Shown piece by piece: positions 19,792-28,770 of a stretch of 64,000 nt of DNA; within the stretch, counting starts at the first letter, position 1; each line of letters starts with the position of its first letter. Source of the stretch: Terriglobales bacterium (lineage in GTDB: Bacteria > Acidobacteriota > Terriglobia > Terriglobales > SCQP01); the NCBI GenBank assembly GCA_035553115.1, contig DATNED010000059.1:41519-105518 (forward strand), given 5' to 3'. The position numbers and the translations under genes were made by a program. The notes below the pieces were generated by a model. It searched no databases and was not told the origin of the DNA. It saw only the letters and a program-made list of their open reading frames with translations.

Positions 19792-20709
19792 ATGGGCTTT
19801 TTCGCTATGGCACTCATTGTGTTCTTCGCCGTCGCGCTGGGTGTCTTTGCACTCGGCCTCATCTGGATGGCGCCGGGCTCCGCCGCCGGCAGCCGCCTGC
19901 GGCAGATGCTGGGCATTGATCCACCGCCGAAGCCGACCCTCTCCAGGAAGATTGCGGGAACCATCGAGCGCGCCATCGATCCCGCTTCCAAGCTGCTGCC
20001 GCCCTCGGCCAAGCAAGCGTCGCAAGTCCGCCGCTGGCTGATCCAAGCGGGCTATCGCGAGGATCGCCACGCCCGCTACTTCTTCGGCATCCGCGCCCTC
20101 TCCGTGCTGTTGCTCCTCATTGCCGTGCTCGGCACCGGCATTGAGCGCCGCGCGCCGCTGGCGTTGATCGTCGCGCCGGCCATCGGCATGATGCTGCCGC
20201 GCTTCCTGCTCAAGAAGCGGCTCGCGGCTCGCTCCAAGCGCATCCGCCTGAGCTTGCCCGACGCTCTCGACTTGATGGTGGTCTGTGTCGAAGCCGGCCT
20301 GGGTTTGGATCAGGCCGTGCAGCGCGTCTCGGCCGAGTTGAAAAACGTGCATCCCGACTTGTGCAGCGAATTCGAACTCATGGGTCTGGAGCTGCGCGCC
20401 GGCGTTCCCCGCAGCGAGGCGCTGCGGCACTTGAGCGAGCGCAGCGACGTGGACGATTTGCGTTCGCTGGCGGCAGTTCTGATCCAATCCGACCGCTTCG
20501 GGACCAGCATCGCCACGGCGCTTCGGGTGCAGTCCGATGCACTCCGAATCGAACGCCGCCAGCGGGCGGAAGAAGCCGCTGCTAAGCTCTCGATCAAAAT
20601 GCTTCCCGTGCTCGCGCTATTCGTTTTCCCCGCCGTGATGGTCGTGGTCTTGGGCCCGGCGGCCATCGCGTTGATCCGGCACTTGGGGCCGGTCCTCACT
20701 GCCCAGTAA
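19792..20709 (+). CDS. tadC: TadC (type II secretion system F family)
   Basis: T2SSF domain (LPDALDLMVVCVEAGLGLDQAVQRV ...), TM helices at both ends, 2 nt after the tadB stop. Confidence 0.85.
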   Translation: MGFFAMALIVFFAVALGVFALGLIWMAPGSAAGSRLRQMLGIDPPPKPTLSRKIAGTIERAIDPASKLLPPSAKQASQVRRWLIQAGYREDRHARYFFGIRALSVLLLLIAVLGTGIERRAPLALIVAPAIGMMLPRFLLKKRLAARSKRIRLSLPDALDLMVVCVEAGLGLDQAVQRVSAELKNVHPDLCSEFELMGLELRAGVPRSEALRHLSERSDVDDLRSLAAVLIQSDRFGTSIATALRVQSDALRIERRQRAEEAAAKLSIKMLPVLALFVFPAVMVVVLGPAAIALIRHLGPVLTAQ

Positions 20710-20719
20710 GGAGTACCCG

Positions 20720-21115
20720 ATGTCTGCCACCATCGCTCATGCCCTGCCCGGCTACGCTGTCAACCGCACCCGGCAGGTCTTTCTGGCCACGGAGTTGCGA
20801 TTTGCCGACCGATTCTTCTCCCGACTTCGCGGTCTGCTTACCACCCACCCGCACGACTTCAGTTTCGGCCGCGGCTTGTGGATTCACCCCAGCAAGGGTG
20901 TGCACGCCATGGGCATGCGCTACGCCATTGACGCCGTGTACCTCGATCGCCAGCACCGTATCATTCATATCCACCGCGACCTGCGCCCTTGGCATCTGGG
21001 CGCCATTCGCAAGGACGCAGCCGGCGTGCTCGAGCTTCCCGCCGGTGCAGTCGAGCGCACGCAAACGCAAGTCGGCGACGAGATCGCCATTTGCGCGGGC
21101 GTTGCCGGATTGTGA
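20720..21115 (+). CDS. DUF192 (COG1430) domain protein
   Basis: AAGGAG lies 6 nt before the ATG, and the ATG is 10 nt after the tadC stop. Pattern FADRFFSRLRGLL ... GLWIHPSKGVHAMGMRYAIDAVYLD ... VLELPAG is typical of DUF192. Confidence 0.7.
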   Translation: MSATIAHALPGYAVNRTRQVFLATELRFADRFFSRLRGLLTTHPHDFSFGRGLWIHPSKGVHAMGMRYAIDAVYLDRQHRIIHIHRDLRPWHLGAIRKDAAGVLELPAGAVERTQTQVGDEIAICAGVAGL

Positions 21116-21164
21116 CCTCAGGCTGCGGCACCTCCGCCTGGAGTAAAATCCACCCGGAGGTCCT

Positions 21165-22628
21165 ATGCGATTGCTCCGTCCGAGCTGGCTCATTTGTCCT
21201 TTTCTCGTCGCAGCGGCATTATGCTGCGCTGTGGCTGGCCAGGCCCCAATCCAACCGCAGGCCGGCGACACCGTGCTGCGCGGCGGTTGGATTGTGGATG
21301 TGACGCAGGGCCGCGCCGTGCGCAATGCCGGCACCATCATCCACGCCGGCGTGCTCGTAGCGGTGAACGTACTGCTGAACGGCCTGGTCCTTGCTCCGGC
21401 ACATGTGGTGGACCTAGCATCGGACGAATACATCTTGCCTGGAATCTTCGACCTTCATGCCCACTATGCCGTGGATTTGTTCAATCAAGGCCGCGTGGAT
21501 GAGTACCATGTCAACCCGGTTCTGTTCCTCGCCAATGGCGTGACTTCCACTTTCCCCGCTGGCGAAGTAGATCCCGTTGGCATGATGCAGGCCCGGGAGC
21601 GCATAGACTCTGGCCAGCAAGTCGGACCCCGCATCTTCAATTCCGGCCCCTATTTTGGCAGCGCTCGTCCCGGCTGGAACAACGCCCAGGAGACCCCCGA
21701 CCGCGTCCGCACGGAAGTGGACTTCTGGGCCGCCCACGGGGTGCGCGGATTCAAAGCCAAAGGCATTCACCCCGAACAGCTTCAGGCCCTGATTGACGAG
21801 GCCCATCTGCACGGAATCAGTGTGACGGCGCATCTGGACTCAGGCTTCCGGAATTCTGTCAATCCGCGCGATGCCATTCTCATGGGCATCGATCGCATCG
21901 AACATTTCGTGGGCGGGGATGCCTTTCCCGCGTCCCGCCCGGCCTATGCTTCCCTTCAGAACCTGACCCCGGACAATCCCGATGTCCAGGCGGAATTCCG
22001 GCTGTTCATCCGCCAGCACGTTTTCTTCGACCCCACCATCACCGCGTATGGTTACTACGGCACCCAATCCTCGCCCGTCTTCAAGGATTGGATCGACGAA
22101 TCACAGTTCCTCACACCCTATGCACGCACCGTCGTCACCGGGCATCCCCGCCGTGTGAATCAGCAATTCGAAGCGATTTTCAAAGTCAAACAGCAATTGG
22201 TCAAAGCCTTCTACAAGGCCGGCGGCCGCGATTGGATCACTTTGGGCACCGATCATCCCAGCTGGGGGCAGTTTTTCGAGGGCTTCGGCGCCGACCGCGA
22301 GCTGCAAACTTATGTCTTGGCTGGCATTCCGCCCGCCGATGCGCTCCGCTTTGCCACTATCAATGGAGCCCGCGCCCTCAACGTCGCCTCAAAACTCGGA
22401 AGCATTGAGGTAGGGAAATATGCGGATCTCTTCATTGTGCGCGGCAACCCCCTGCAAGACATCACCAACACCCGGCGCGTGCGCCTCGTCATGAAGGCCG
22501 GCCGCGTTTATGATCCTGCGGAACTCTTTGCATCTGTGGTTGGCAAGATGGGACCGGCCGGGCCAGAGGACGCGGACCAATGGAAGGGGCGACTGAACAT
22601 CAAAGACCCCACCTTCGGCATTCACTAG
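21165..22628 (+). CDS. Amidohydrolase family protein (secreted)
   Basis: Signal peptide MRLLRPSWLICPFLVAAALCCAVAG. Metal-binding FDLHAHY. C-terminal GSIEVGKYADLFIV motif. Confidence 0.85.
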   Translation: MRLLRPSWLICPFLVAAALCCAVAGQAPIQPQAGDTVLRGGWIVDVTQGRAVRNAGTIIHAGVLVAVNVLLNGLVLAPAHVVDLASDEYILPGIFDLHAHYAVDLFNQGRVDEYHVNPVLFLANGVTSTFPAGEVDPVGMMQARERIDSGQQVGPRIFNSGPYFGSARPGWNNAQETPDRVRTEVDFWAAHGVRGFKAKGIHPEQLQALIDEAHLHGISVTAHLDSGFRNSVNPRDAILMGIDRIEHFVGGDAFPASRPAYASLQNLTPDNPDVQAEFRLFIRQHVFFDPTITAYGYYGTQSSPVFKDWIDESQFLTPYARTVVTGHPRRVNQQFEAIFKVKQQLVKAFYKAGGRDWITLGTDHPSWGQFFEGFGADRELQTYVLAGIPPADALRFATINGARALNVASKLGSIEVGKYADLFIVRGNPLQDITNTRRVRLVMKAGRVYDPAELFASVVGKMGPAGPEDADQWKGRLNIKDPTFGIH

Positions 22629-22668
22629 TTGGTCAGGATGCCAAGTGCTATGATCGGCGCTGGCCGCC

Positions 22669-23631
22669 ATGCAAGCCCTCACGCTCGATGACTTTCGCCA
22701 GGCGCGGGTGCACGTCGCCGCGCACGCCTACCACACGCCCCTGCTGGGCAGTCGTCTTCTCGGCGAGCGGAGCGGCTTCGAGGTTCGACTCAAAGCCGAG
22801 CAGTTTCAGCGCACCGGCTCATACAAGATTCGCGGACCGCTCAACAAATTCCAGCACCTCACCGAGGCGCAGAAGCGAAGCGGAGTCATCTGCTCGTCAG
22901 CCGGAAACCACGCCCAAGGCGTCGCCCTGGCCGCTGCGCTGCACAAGATTCCCGCCGTGGTATGCATGGCCGCAAACGCAACGCCGAGCAAGATTGCCGC
23001 GACCCGCGGCTACGGCGCAGAGGTCGTGCTCGAAGGCAGCATTTGGGATGAAGCCGACGCCAAAGCCCGGGCGCTGGTCGCCGAGCGCGGATACACCTAC
23101 ATCCATCCGTTCGACGATCCGCAGCTCATCGCCGGCCAAGGCACCATCGGCCTGGAACTCTTCGAAGATTGGCCGGAGATCGAGATGGCGATTGTGCCCA
23201 TCGGCGGCGGCGGATTGATCTCCGGCATTGCCATGGCGCTCAAGGCGCAAAACCCGAAGATCCGCATCGTCGGGGTTGAGTCCGCGGGTGCGCCGGGTAT
23301 GCGGGAAAGCGTGGCTGCCGGCCATGTGGTGACGCTCGACCGGGTGGATTGCATCATTGACGGCTTGCGCGTGAAGCGCGTCGGCGAGAACACCCGCTGG
23401 GTCGCGGAGCATTTCGTCGAAGACGTCGTGACCTTGCCGGACGCGCAGATATTTGAGGCCCTGATTTGGGTCATGCATCATTGCAAGTTGGTGGTCGAGG
23501 GCGCTGCCGCCGCACCGGTTGCCGCTTTGCTGCATGGTTTGATACGCGCTCGCCCCGGCACCAAGGTGGCGTGCGTGCTGAGCGGCGGCAACGTCAACCT
23601 GGACCAATTGCGCGGGTTGAAGTGGAATTAG
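22669..23631 (+). CDS. PLP-dependent threonine/serine dehydratase
   Basis: PLP-lysine motif FQRTGSYKIRGPLN. Glycine-rich loop PIGGGGLISG. About 320 aa with no ACT regulatory domain. Confidence 0.9.
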   Translation: MQALTLDDFRQARVHVAAHAYHTPLLGSRLLGERSGFEVRLKAEQFQRTGSYKIRGPLNKFQHLTEAQKRSGVICSSAGNHAQGVALAAALHKIPAVVCMAANATPSKIAATRGYGAEVVLEGSIWDEADAKARALVAERGYTYIHPFDDPQLIAGQGTIGLELFEDWPEIEMAIVPIGGGGLISGIAMALKAQNPKIRIVGVESAGAPGMRESVAAGHVVTLDRVDCIIDGLRVKRVGENTRWVAEHFVEDVVTLPDAQIFEALIWVMHHCKLVVEGAAAAPVAALLHGLIRARPGTKVACVLSGGNVNLDQLRGLKWN

Positions 23632-23639
23632 GAGGCAAA

Positions 23640-24140
23640 ATGCACCGTGGATTCCTGATCGCAACCGCCCTCTGCGTCTTGTCGTTGGGCTTAGCCGCCC
23701 AGTCCGCGAGGCCCACCATCGTGGTGGCGCAATTCACCGCTAAATCCGGCGTGGATTGGCCTTACGATTTTCAGATTCTGCAGAAAGAGACCGTCGCGAA
23801 GCTGCAGCTGAAGCTCAAAGACAAAGCTGTGGTCACCGCTGATGCATCTGGAGCATCCGGCGCATACACGTTGGACGGCGAAATCACGCGCATGTATCAG
23901 TCCAACAATTTGGACGTGCATGCGGGCGGCACCTCCAGCAACAACGAAACCATCAATGTCCATTACTGGCTGGTGGACTCGACCGGCAAAAAGGTCTTCG
24001 ACAAGACCGCCACCTACATCACCGGCGCCACGGGATCCTTTTCCAACGCGCAATTCGGGACGGCAGGGCCGATGGCAAAGGACTTGGAAAGCGACTTGGC
24101 CAGCCGCGTAGGCGGCGCGAAGATTTATTCTGAGCGGTAG
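23640..24140 (+). CDS. Secreted hypothetical protein
   Basis: GGAGG lies upstream of ATG 23640. Signal peptide MHRGFLIATALCVLSLGLAAQ. No family recognised. Confidence 0.6.
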   Translation: MHRGFLIATALCVLSLGLAAQSARPTIVVAQFTAKSGVDWPYDFQILQKETVAKLQLKLKDKAVVTADASGASGAYTLDGEITRMYQSNNLDVHAGGTSSNNETINVHYWLVDSTGKKVFDKTATYITGATGSFSNAQFGTAGPMAKDLESDLASRVGGAKIYSER

Positions 24141-24325
24141 TCGCGGGCACCCGTCTTGGGGTCTTCGTAAACGCGGGTGATCTCGCCGGTGCCAGGGTCG
24201 CGAAACACCTCCGAAGTCGGTCTTTGTCCGCTGCTCGCACGACCCCGATAGCGGCGCCGGTCAACCGCGAAATACAGCCAGACAAGCGCGGCAATGACCG
24301 CAGTTGGGATCAAAAATGCTGCCAT
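24125..24325 (-). CDS. Small single-pass membrane protein
   Basis: 66 aa. The ATG is 3 nt after the ybjQ stop, with GGAG 6 nt upstream. One TM helix (FLIPTAVIAALVWLYFAV) and a charged tail. Confidence 0.5.
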   Translation of the reverse strand: MAAFLIPTAVIAALVWLYFAVDRRRYRGRASSGQRPTSEVFRDPGTGEITRVYEDPKTGARDYRSE

Positions 24326-24328
24326 TGG

Positions 24329-24658
24329 CTACTCCGGTGGCGGCGGGTCAAGAACAACTGCTGTTCCGTACGCAACCACTTCCGACATCGTCTGCCCCAT
24401 CTCTGAGGAATCAAACCGCATCATCACCACCGCGTTCGCGCCCACCAGCTTGGCGTTCTCCACCATCCGGTCAATGGCGTGGCGGCGCGTGTCCTCAACC
24501 AGATGGGTATATTCAGTGATCTCGCCTCCGGCCAGCGACCGAAGCCCAGCGGCCACATTGCCGACCAAGCTCCGGCTGCGCACCACCACGCCGAAGACTT
24601 GGCCCATGACGCGCTTCACTTGATACCCCTCAGCTCGTTCTGTGGTTGTGACCAGCAT
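24329..24658 (-). CDS. ybjQ: YbjQ/UPF0145 family protein
   Basis: 109 aa. TTTERAEGYQVKRVMGQVFGVVVRSRS ... GGEITEYT ... ANAVVMMRFDSS matches the YbjQ family pattern. Confidence 0.85.
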   Translation of the reverse strand: MLVTTTERAEGYQVKRVMGQVFGVVVRSRSLVGNVAAGLRSLAGGEITEYTHLVEDTRRHAIDRMVENAKLVGANAVVMMRFDSSEMGQTMSEVVAYGTAVVLDPPPPE

Positions 24659-24715
24659 GGTTTCGATCCCTCAGATTGCCATCGTGACACAGATTAACTA
24701 CCGATACAATTCGGA

Positions 24716-25930
24716 ATGGCTTCAGCTCCTGGTGGCAATCGCGCTTTGGCAGTGCTCGCGCTGGCGCTGCTGCTGGCAATGGCACCGTGGTTCACCACGG
24801 CAGCCATCTTGGCACCCTTGCGCGTGGAGTGGCGCCTTACAGGAAGCCAAGCGGCGTGGCTTACCATTGCCGCGCAAATGGGTTTCGTTGCCGGTGCACT
24901 CGCCTCAGCGCTGGCCAATTTGGCCGATTTGATTCGACCGCGCTGGCTCATGCTGGCCGGCGGATTGGCGGCCGCCGGCGTCAATGCGCTGCTTTCCCAA
25001 TGCCACAGTTTCGGCGCGGCGTGGCCCTGGCGGTTCGCGACCGGCGCATGCCTCGCGTTGGTGTATCCGCCCGCGCTCAAACTCATGGCTACTTGGTTCC
25101 GGAGCGGTCGTGGCACGGCGCTGGGGATCATGGTCGGAGCCCTGACCGTCGGCGCCGCGCTGCCGCACCTCGTCAGTGGCGTAAGTGCAGCCAGTTGGCG
25201 GGGGGTCGTCATCGCCACATCCTGGATCACAGCGGCAGGTGGACTGCTGGGCGGCATCGCTGGCAAGGAAGGGCCCTTCTCCTTCGGTCGCGCGCGCTTT
25301 GATGTTCGCGAGATCGTGCAAGGGTTCTCTAATCGCGGCGTGCGGCTCGCAACCGTCGGCTACCTCGGCCATATGTGGGAGATGATCGCCATGTGGAGCT
25401 GGCTGGGCGCTTACATGGCGGCCCAATTCGCACGTGCCGGGGTCGACGCCAGCACCGCAGCCGTCGTGACGTTTCTGGCCATTGGAGCCGGCGGCCTGGG
25501 ATGTTGGCGCGGAGGCGTTCGCAGCGACCGCGGCGGACGCGAGCCGGCAGCCTTGCTGGCACTGGCCATCTCTGGTGGCTGCGCCCTCTGCCTCGGCTGG
25601 ATTCCAGCCTCGAATCGCCTGCTGCTTTGCCTCGTCATCGCGATCTCGCTGATTTGGGGATTTTGGGTCGTCGCCGATTCCGCTCAGTTCTCGACGTTGG
25701 TGACCGAACTCAGCGATTCGCGCTACGTCGGCACGGCGCTCACATCGCAGCTTGGTCTCGGCTTTACCTTGGCATCGGTCACCGTGTGGTTGATTCCCTG
25801 GATCTTGCAGCGCGGCGGCTGGGGCTGGGCCTTCCTTGCCCTAGCTCCTGGCCCAATCGTTGGGATCGTCGCCATGAGCCGGCTCGCCCAAATTCGGCGG
25901 CAGGTTGCGGCCAGCGCCCGCGGGCGGTAA
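24716..25930 (+). CDS. MFS transporter
   Basis: 404 aa with about 12 hydrophobic spans. MFS-like loop motif between TM2 and TM3 (LANLADLIRPRW). Confidence 0.8.
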   Translation: MASAPGGNRALAVLALALLLAMAPWFTTAAILAPLRVEWRLTGSQAAWLTIAAQMGFVAGALASALANLADLIRPRWLMLAGGLAAAGVNALLSQCHSFGAAWPWRFATGACLALVYPPALKLMATWFRSGRGTALGIMVGALTVGAALPHLVSGVSAASWRGVVIATSWITAAGGLLGGIAGKEGPFSFGRARFDVREIVQGFSNRGVRLATVGYLGHMWEMIAMWSWLGAYMAAQFARAGVDASTAAVVTFLAIGAGGLGCWRGGVRSDRGGREPAALLALAISGGCALCLGWIPASNRLLLCLVIAISLIWGFWVVADSAQFSTLVTELSDSRYVGTALTSQLGLGFTLASVTVWLIPWILQRGGWGWAFLALAPGPIVGIVAMSRLAQIRRQVAASARGR

Positions 25931-25955
25931 GATGAGCCCCGATAGGCGGTGCTCC

Positions 25956-27242
25956 ATGAATCGTCGGCATTTCCTCTCCTCTGGCGCTGGTCTCGCCACC
26001 GCCGCGCTCCTCAGCCATCCCTTGCTGGAGCGGTTGGCGGCCGCCCCGCTGGACCTTCCCTCAGATCGCCTCTTCCAAAGCGATTCGGAAGCATACTGGG
26101 CTGCATTGCGCAAGCAGTTCTTGATTCCCGCCGACGAAGTCTACTTCAACAACGGCACCTGCGGCTCCAGCCCGGCGCCGGTGCTTAAAGCCATTTTCGA
26201 CGGCTATCACGCGACTGAACCCATGGCTGATGCCAATCCTGAGGATTATCCGATCTGGGGATATGGTCCGTGGAACGAGTTCCGCGACCCGCTGGCAGCC
26301 TTCATCGGCTGTGACCGGGATGAGCTGGCGCTCGTCCGGAACGCCACTGAGGCCAACAACTACATTTCCCAGGGATTCGACATGAAGCCGGGAGAAGAAG
26401 TCCTCATGACCGACCAGGAGCACGAAGGCGGCGAGAACGGATGGCTCCTGAAGGCCAAGCGCTACGGCATCGCGGTCAGGAAAGTTGCACTGCCCAAGCC
26501 GCTCCCAACCCCCGCTGATGCGTTGAACCTGATCAACGATGCCATCACTCCGCAGACACGCATGCTGTTTTTTAGCCATATCACGACCGCCACCGGAGTC
26601 GTGCTGCCAGCAAAGGAACTCTGCACGCTGGCGCGCAGCAAAGGACTACTTTCGGCAGTGGATGGCGCCCATGTCACCGGCATGATGCAGCTCAATGTGC
26701 ACGATATCGGCTGCGACTTTTATACCTCGAGCCCGCATAAGTGGCTGCAAGCCCCCAAAGGCAGCGGGTTCCTCTACGTGCGCAGCGGCATGGAAGGCAA
26801 GCTCTGGAACACCATCGTCAGCTCTTCCTGGGATGATCCCAAAGGCGGAGCCTACCGCTTTCAGCAAATCGGAACCTCGAATGTGCCCGCGCTTTGGGGA
26901 CTGCGCGCCTCAATCGAATTCGCGAACCAGATCGGTATGGACAAAATTGAATCGCGGCACCGCCAACAGAACCAATACATTTTGGACGAGATGGAGAAGC
27001 GCGGCGCCACCAACGTCACCGGCCTTGACCCCGGGCTGCGCTGTGGCATAGTTTCGGTTAACGTCCCCCCCATTCAGCGTATGCCGCTGGAAATTTGGAT
27101 GTGGAAAAACCACAAGATCCGCATTCGCGGAAGCGAGCCCTCGCGTCTGCGCCTCTCGACCCCGTATTACCTGCTGCGCGCCGACATGGATCGCTTCTTG
27201 GCCGCGTTCGATGAATATAGGAAGATCACCGCGACAGCATGA
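25956..27242 (+). CDS. Class-V-fold PLP-dependent enzyme (aminotransferase/epimerase/desulfurase-like) with twin-arginine signal
   Basis: ATG 25956 gives MNRRHFLSSGAGLATAALL, a Tat motif. PLP-lysine region FYTSSPHKWLQAPKGSGFLY. Confidence 0.8.
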   Translation: MNRRHFLSSGAGLATAALLSHPLLERLAAAPLDLPSDRLFQSDSEAYWAALRKQFLIPADEVYFNNGTCGSSPAPVLKAIFDGYHATEPMADANPEDYPIWGYGPWNEFRDPLAAFIGCDRDELALVRNATEANNYISQGFDMKPGEEVLMTDQEHEGGENGWLLKAKRYGIAVRKVALPKPLPTPADALNLINDAITPQTRMLFFSHITTATGVVLPAKELCTLARSKGLLSAVDGAHVTGMMQLNVHDIGCDFYTSSPHKWLQAPKGSGFLYVRSGMEGKLWNTIVSSSWDDPKGGAYRFQQIGTSNVPALWGLRASIEFANQIGMDKIESRHRQQNQYILDEMEKRGATNVTGLDPGLRCGIVSVNVPPIQRMPLEIWMWKNHKIRIRGSEPSRLRLSTPYYLLRADMDRFLAAFDEYRKITATA

Positions 27243-28183
27243 AGCTGCTGCTTGGTCCGGCTCAGGTGGCGGGTTGGCTGGAACCTGCCGCGCTGGAAAC
27301 GGTGATTCGAGAAGCGATGATCGCTCTGAGCTCAGGCGCGGCCACCGCACCTCCGCGCATCGCGGTTCGTACGCCGCTCGGCCTACTGGCCGCCATGCCC
27401 GGTCGCGCGGCGGGCGTTCTGGGAGCCAAACTGGTTTCCGTCTTTCCTGAGAATCCCACCCGCGGCCTCCCCGGCCACCAGGCACTGATCGCCCTGTTCG
27501 ACGAATCCACCGGCGAGCCGCTCGCACTACTCGACGGAACCGCGATTACGGCAGCACGAACTGCGGCCGTTTCCGCAGTCGCGACTCGATGCCTGGCCCG
27601 GAACGATGCCAAGGTTTTGGCGATACTCGGCACCGGCGTGCAGGCCGCGGCGCATTGGCGGGCATTGACTACAGGGTTTGGATTTCAGCGGGTTGTAGTG
27701 GCTGGGAGAACGTCAGCAAGGGTGCTGGAATGCGCAAAAGCCTGGAATGCCGTGCCCGCGCCCAGCTTTGAGGCCGCCGTGCGCGATGCCGAAGTGGTCT
27801 GCGCCTGCACCCACGCCGACCTGCCGGTGGTGCGGCGCACCTGGCTGCGGCCCGGCACGCACGTCAACTCAGTCGGCATTGGCGGCCACGAACTGGACCA
27901 GGCCGCGCTGGACGACGCCCTGCTGGTAGTCGAAGCCATGACGGCCTTCGATCCGTTTCCCATTGGGGCCTACGAGCTTCAGGGGCGTTCCGCATCCGGC
28001 GCCTGCGAACTCGGAGCGATCCTGGCCGGCCGTGCCTCGGGCCGGTCGGACCCTGCGCAAATCACCGTCTTCAAGTCGGTCGGTCACGCGGTGCTTGACG
28101 TCGCCGCCGCAGCCCATGTTTGGCGTCAAGCCTCGCATGTTAGGATGAACTCCGATGAGTCCCAGCAAGAATCCGCCCGGTGA
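27239..28183 (+). CDS. Ornithine cyclodeaminase / mu-crystallin family protein
   Basis: ATGA overlap with the upstream gene. LLDGTAITAARTAAVSAVATRCLA and Rossmann motif LAILGTGVQAAAH. Confidence 0.9.
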   Translation: MKLLLGPAQVAGWLEPAALETVIREAMIALSSGAATAPPRIAVRTPLGLLAAMPGRAAGVLGAKLVSVFPENPTRGLPGHQALIALFDESTGEPLALLDGTAITAARTAAVSAVATRCLARNDAKVLAILGTGVQAAAHWRALTTGFGFQRVVVAGRTSARVLECAKAWNAVPAPSFEAAVRDAEVVCACTHADLPVVRRTWLRPGTHVNSVGIGGHELDQAALDDALLVVEAMTAFDPFPIGAYELQGRSASGACELGAILAGRASGRSDPAQITVFKSVGHAVLDVAAAAHVWRQASHVRMNSDESQQESAR

Positions 28184-28760
28184 AAGTCGCCGGGAAATCC
28201 TCCGCACCGCGGCGCGGCTGTTCCAGGAGCGCGGATATGATGCCACCTCGATGCAGGACATCGCCAGCGCGTTGAATTTCTCCAAAGCCGCGCTGTACCA
28301 CCATTTCGAGAGCAAAGAGACCATCCTGTTCCAAATAATGAGCTACGGCATGGATGTCTTCGAGGAAAAGGTGGTGCAAGCCGTGAGCGACATCGCCGAT
28401 CCCGAAGAAAGGCTGCGCGCCTGCGTCGCGCGACACGTCGGGCTGGTGCTCAGTGGACGCGACCGCGAAATCACGGTCATTCTCCACGAGAATCGCACTC
28501 TCCCTGCAGAAGCCGGACGCCAGATCAACAGCCGCAAGAAGGCCTACGTGATCTATTTAGCGAGCCTCATTGCAGAAGTTCAGTCGCGCCGCGGCATCGC
28601 CCAGCCCAAAGTCAATCCGCAAGTCGCCGCATTTGCCTTGCTGGGCATGATCAACTGGATGTACCAGTGGTACCGCACCGAAGGCAATTTCGGTGAAGCC
28701 CTGATCGCCAGCCAATACACCGCTTTGTTCTTCGAAGGCTTCCTCGCCAGCGCTCCTTGA
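28155..28760 (+). CDS. TetR/AcrR family transcriptional regulator
   Basis: HTH region RREILRTAARLFQERGYDATSMQDIASALNFSKAALYHHFESKE. Confidence 0.9.
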   Translation: MSPSKNPPGESRREILRTAARLFQERGYDATSMQDIASALNFSKAALYHHFESKETILFQIMSYGMDVFEEKVVQAVSDIADPEERLRACVARHVGLVLSGRDREITVILHENRTLPAEAGRQINSRKKAYVIYLASLIAEVQSRRGIAQPKVNPQVAAFALLGMINWMYQWYRTEGNFGEALIASQYTALFFEGFLASAP

Positions 28761-28770
28761 GGCAGCAGTC

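Noticed and set aside
24683-24718. TACAAT at 24706-24711 with GTGACA 15 nt upstream, suggesting a leaderless MFS transcript
   Set aside because: The spacings are off: a 15-nt spacer, and the -10 element ends only 4 nt before the ATG. The match is weak and cannot be supported without TSS data.
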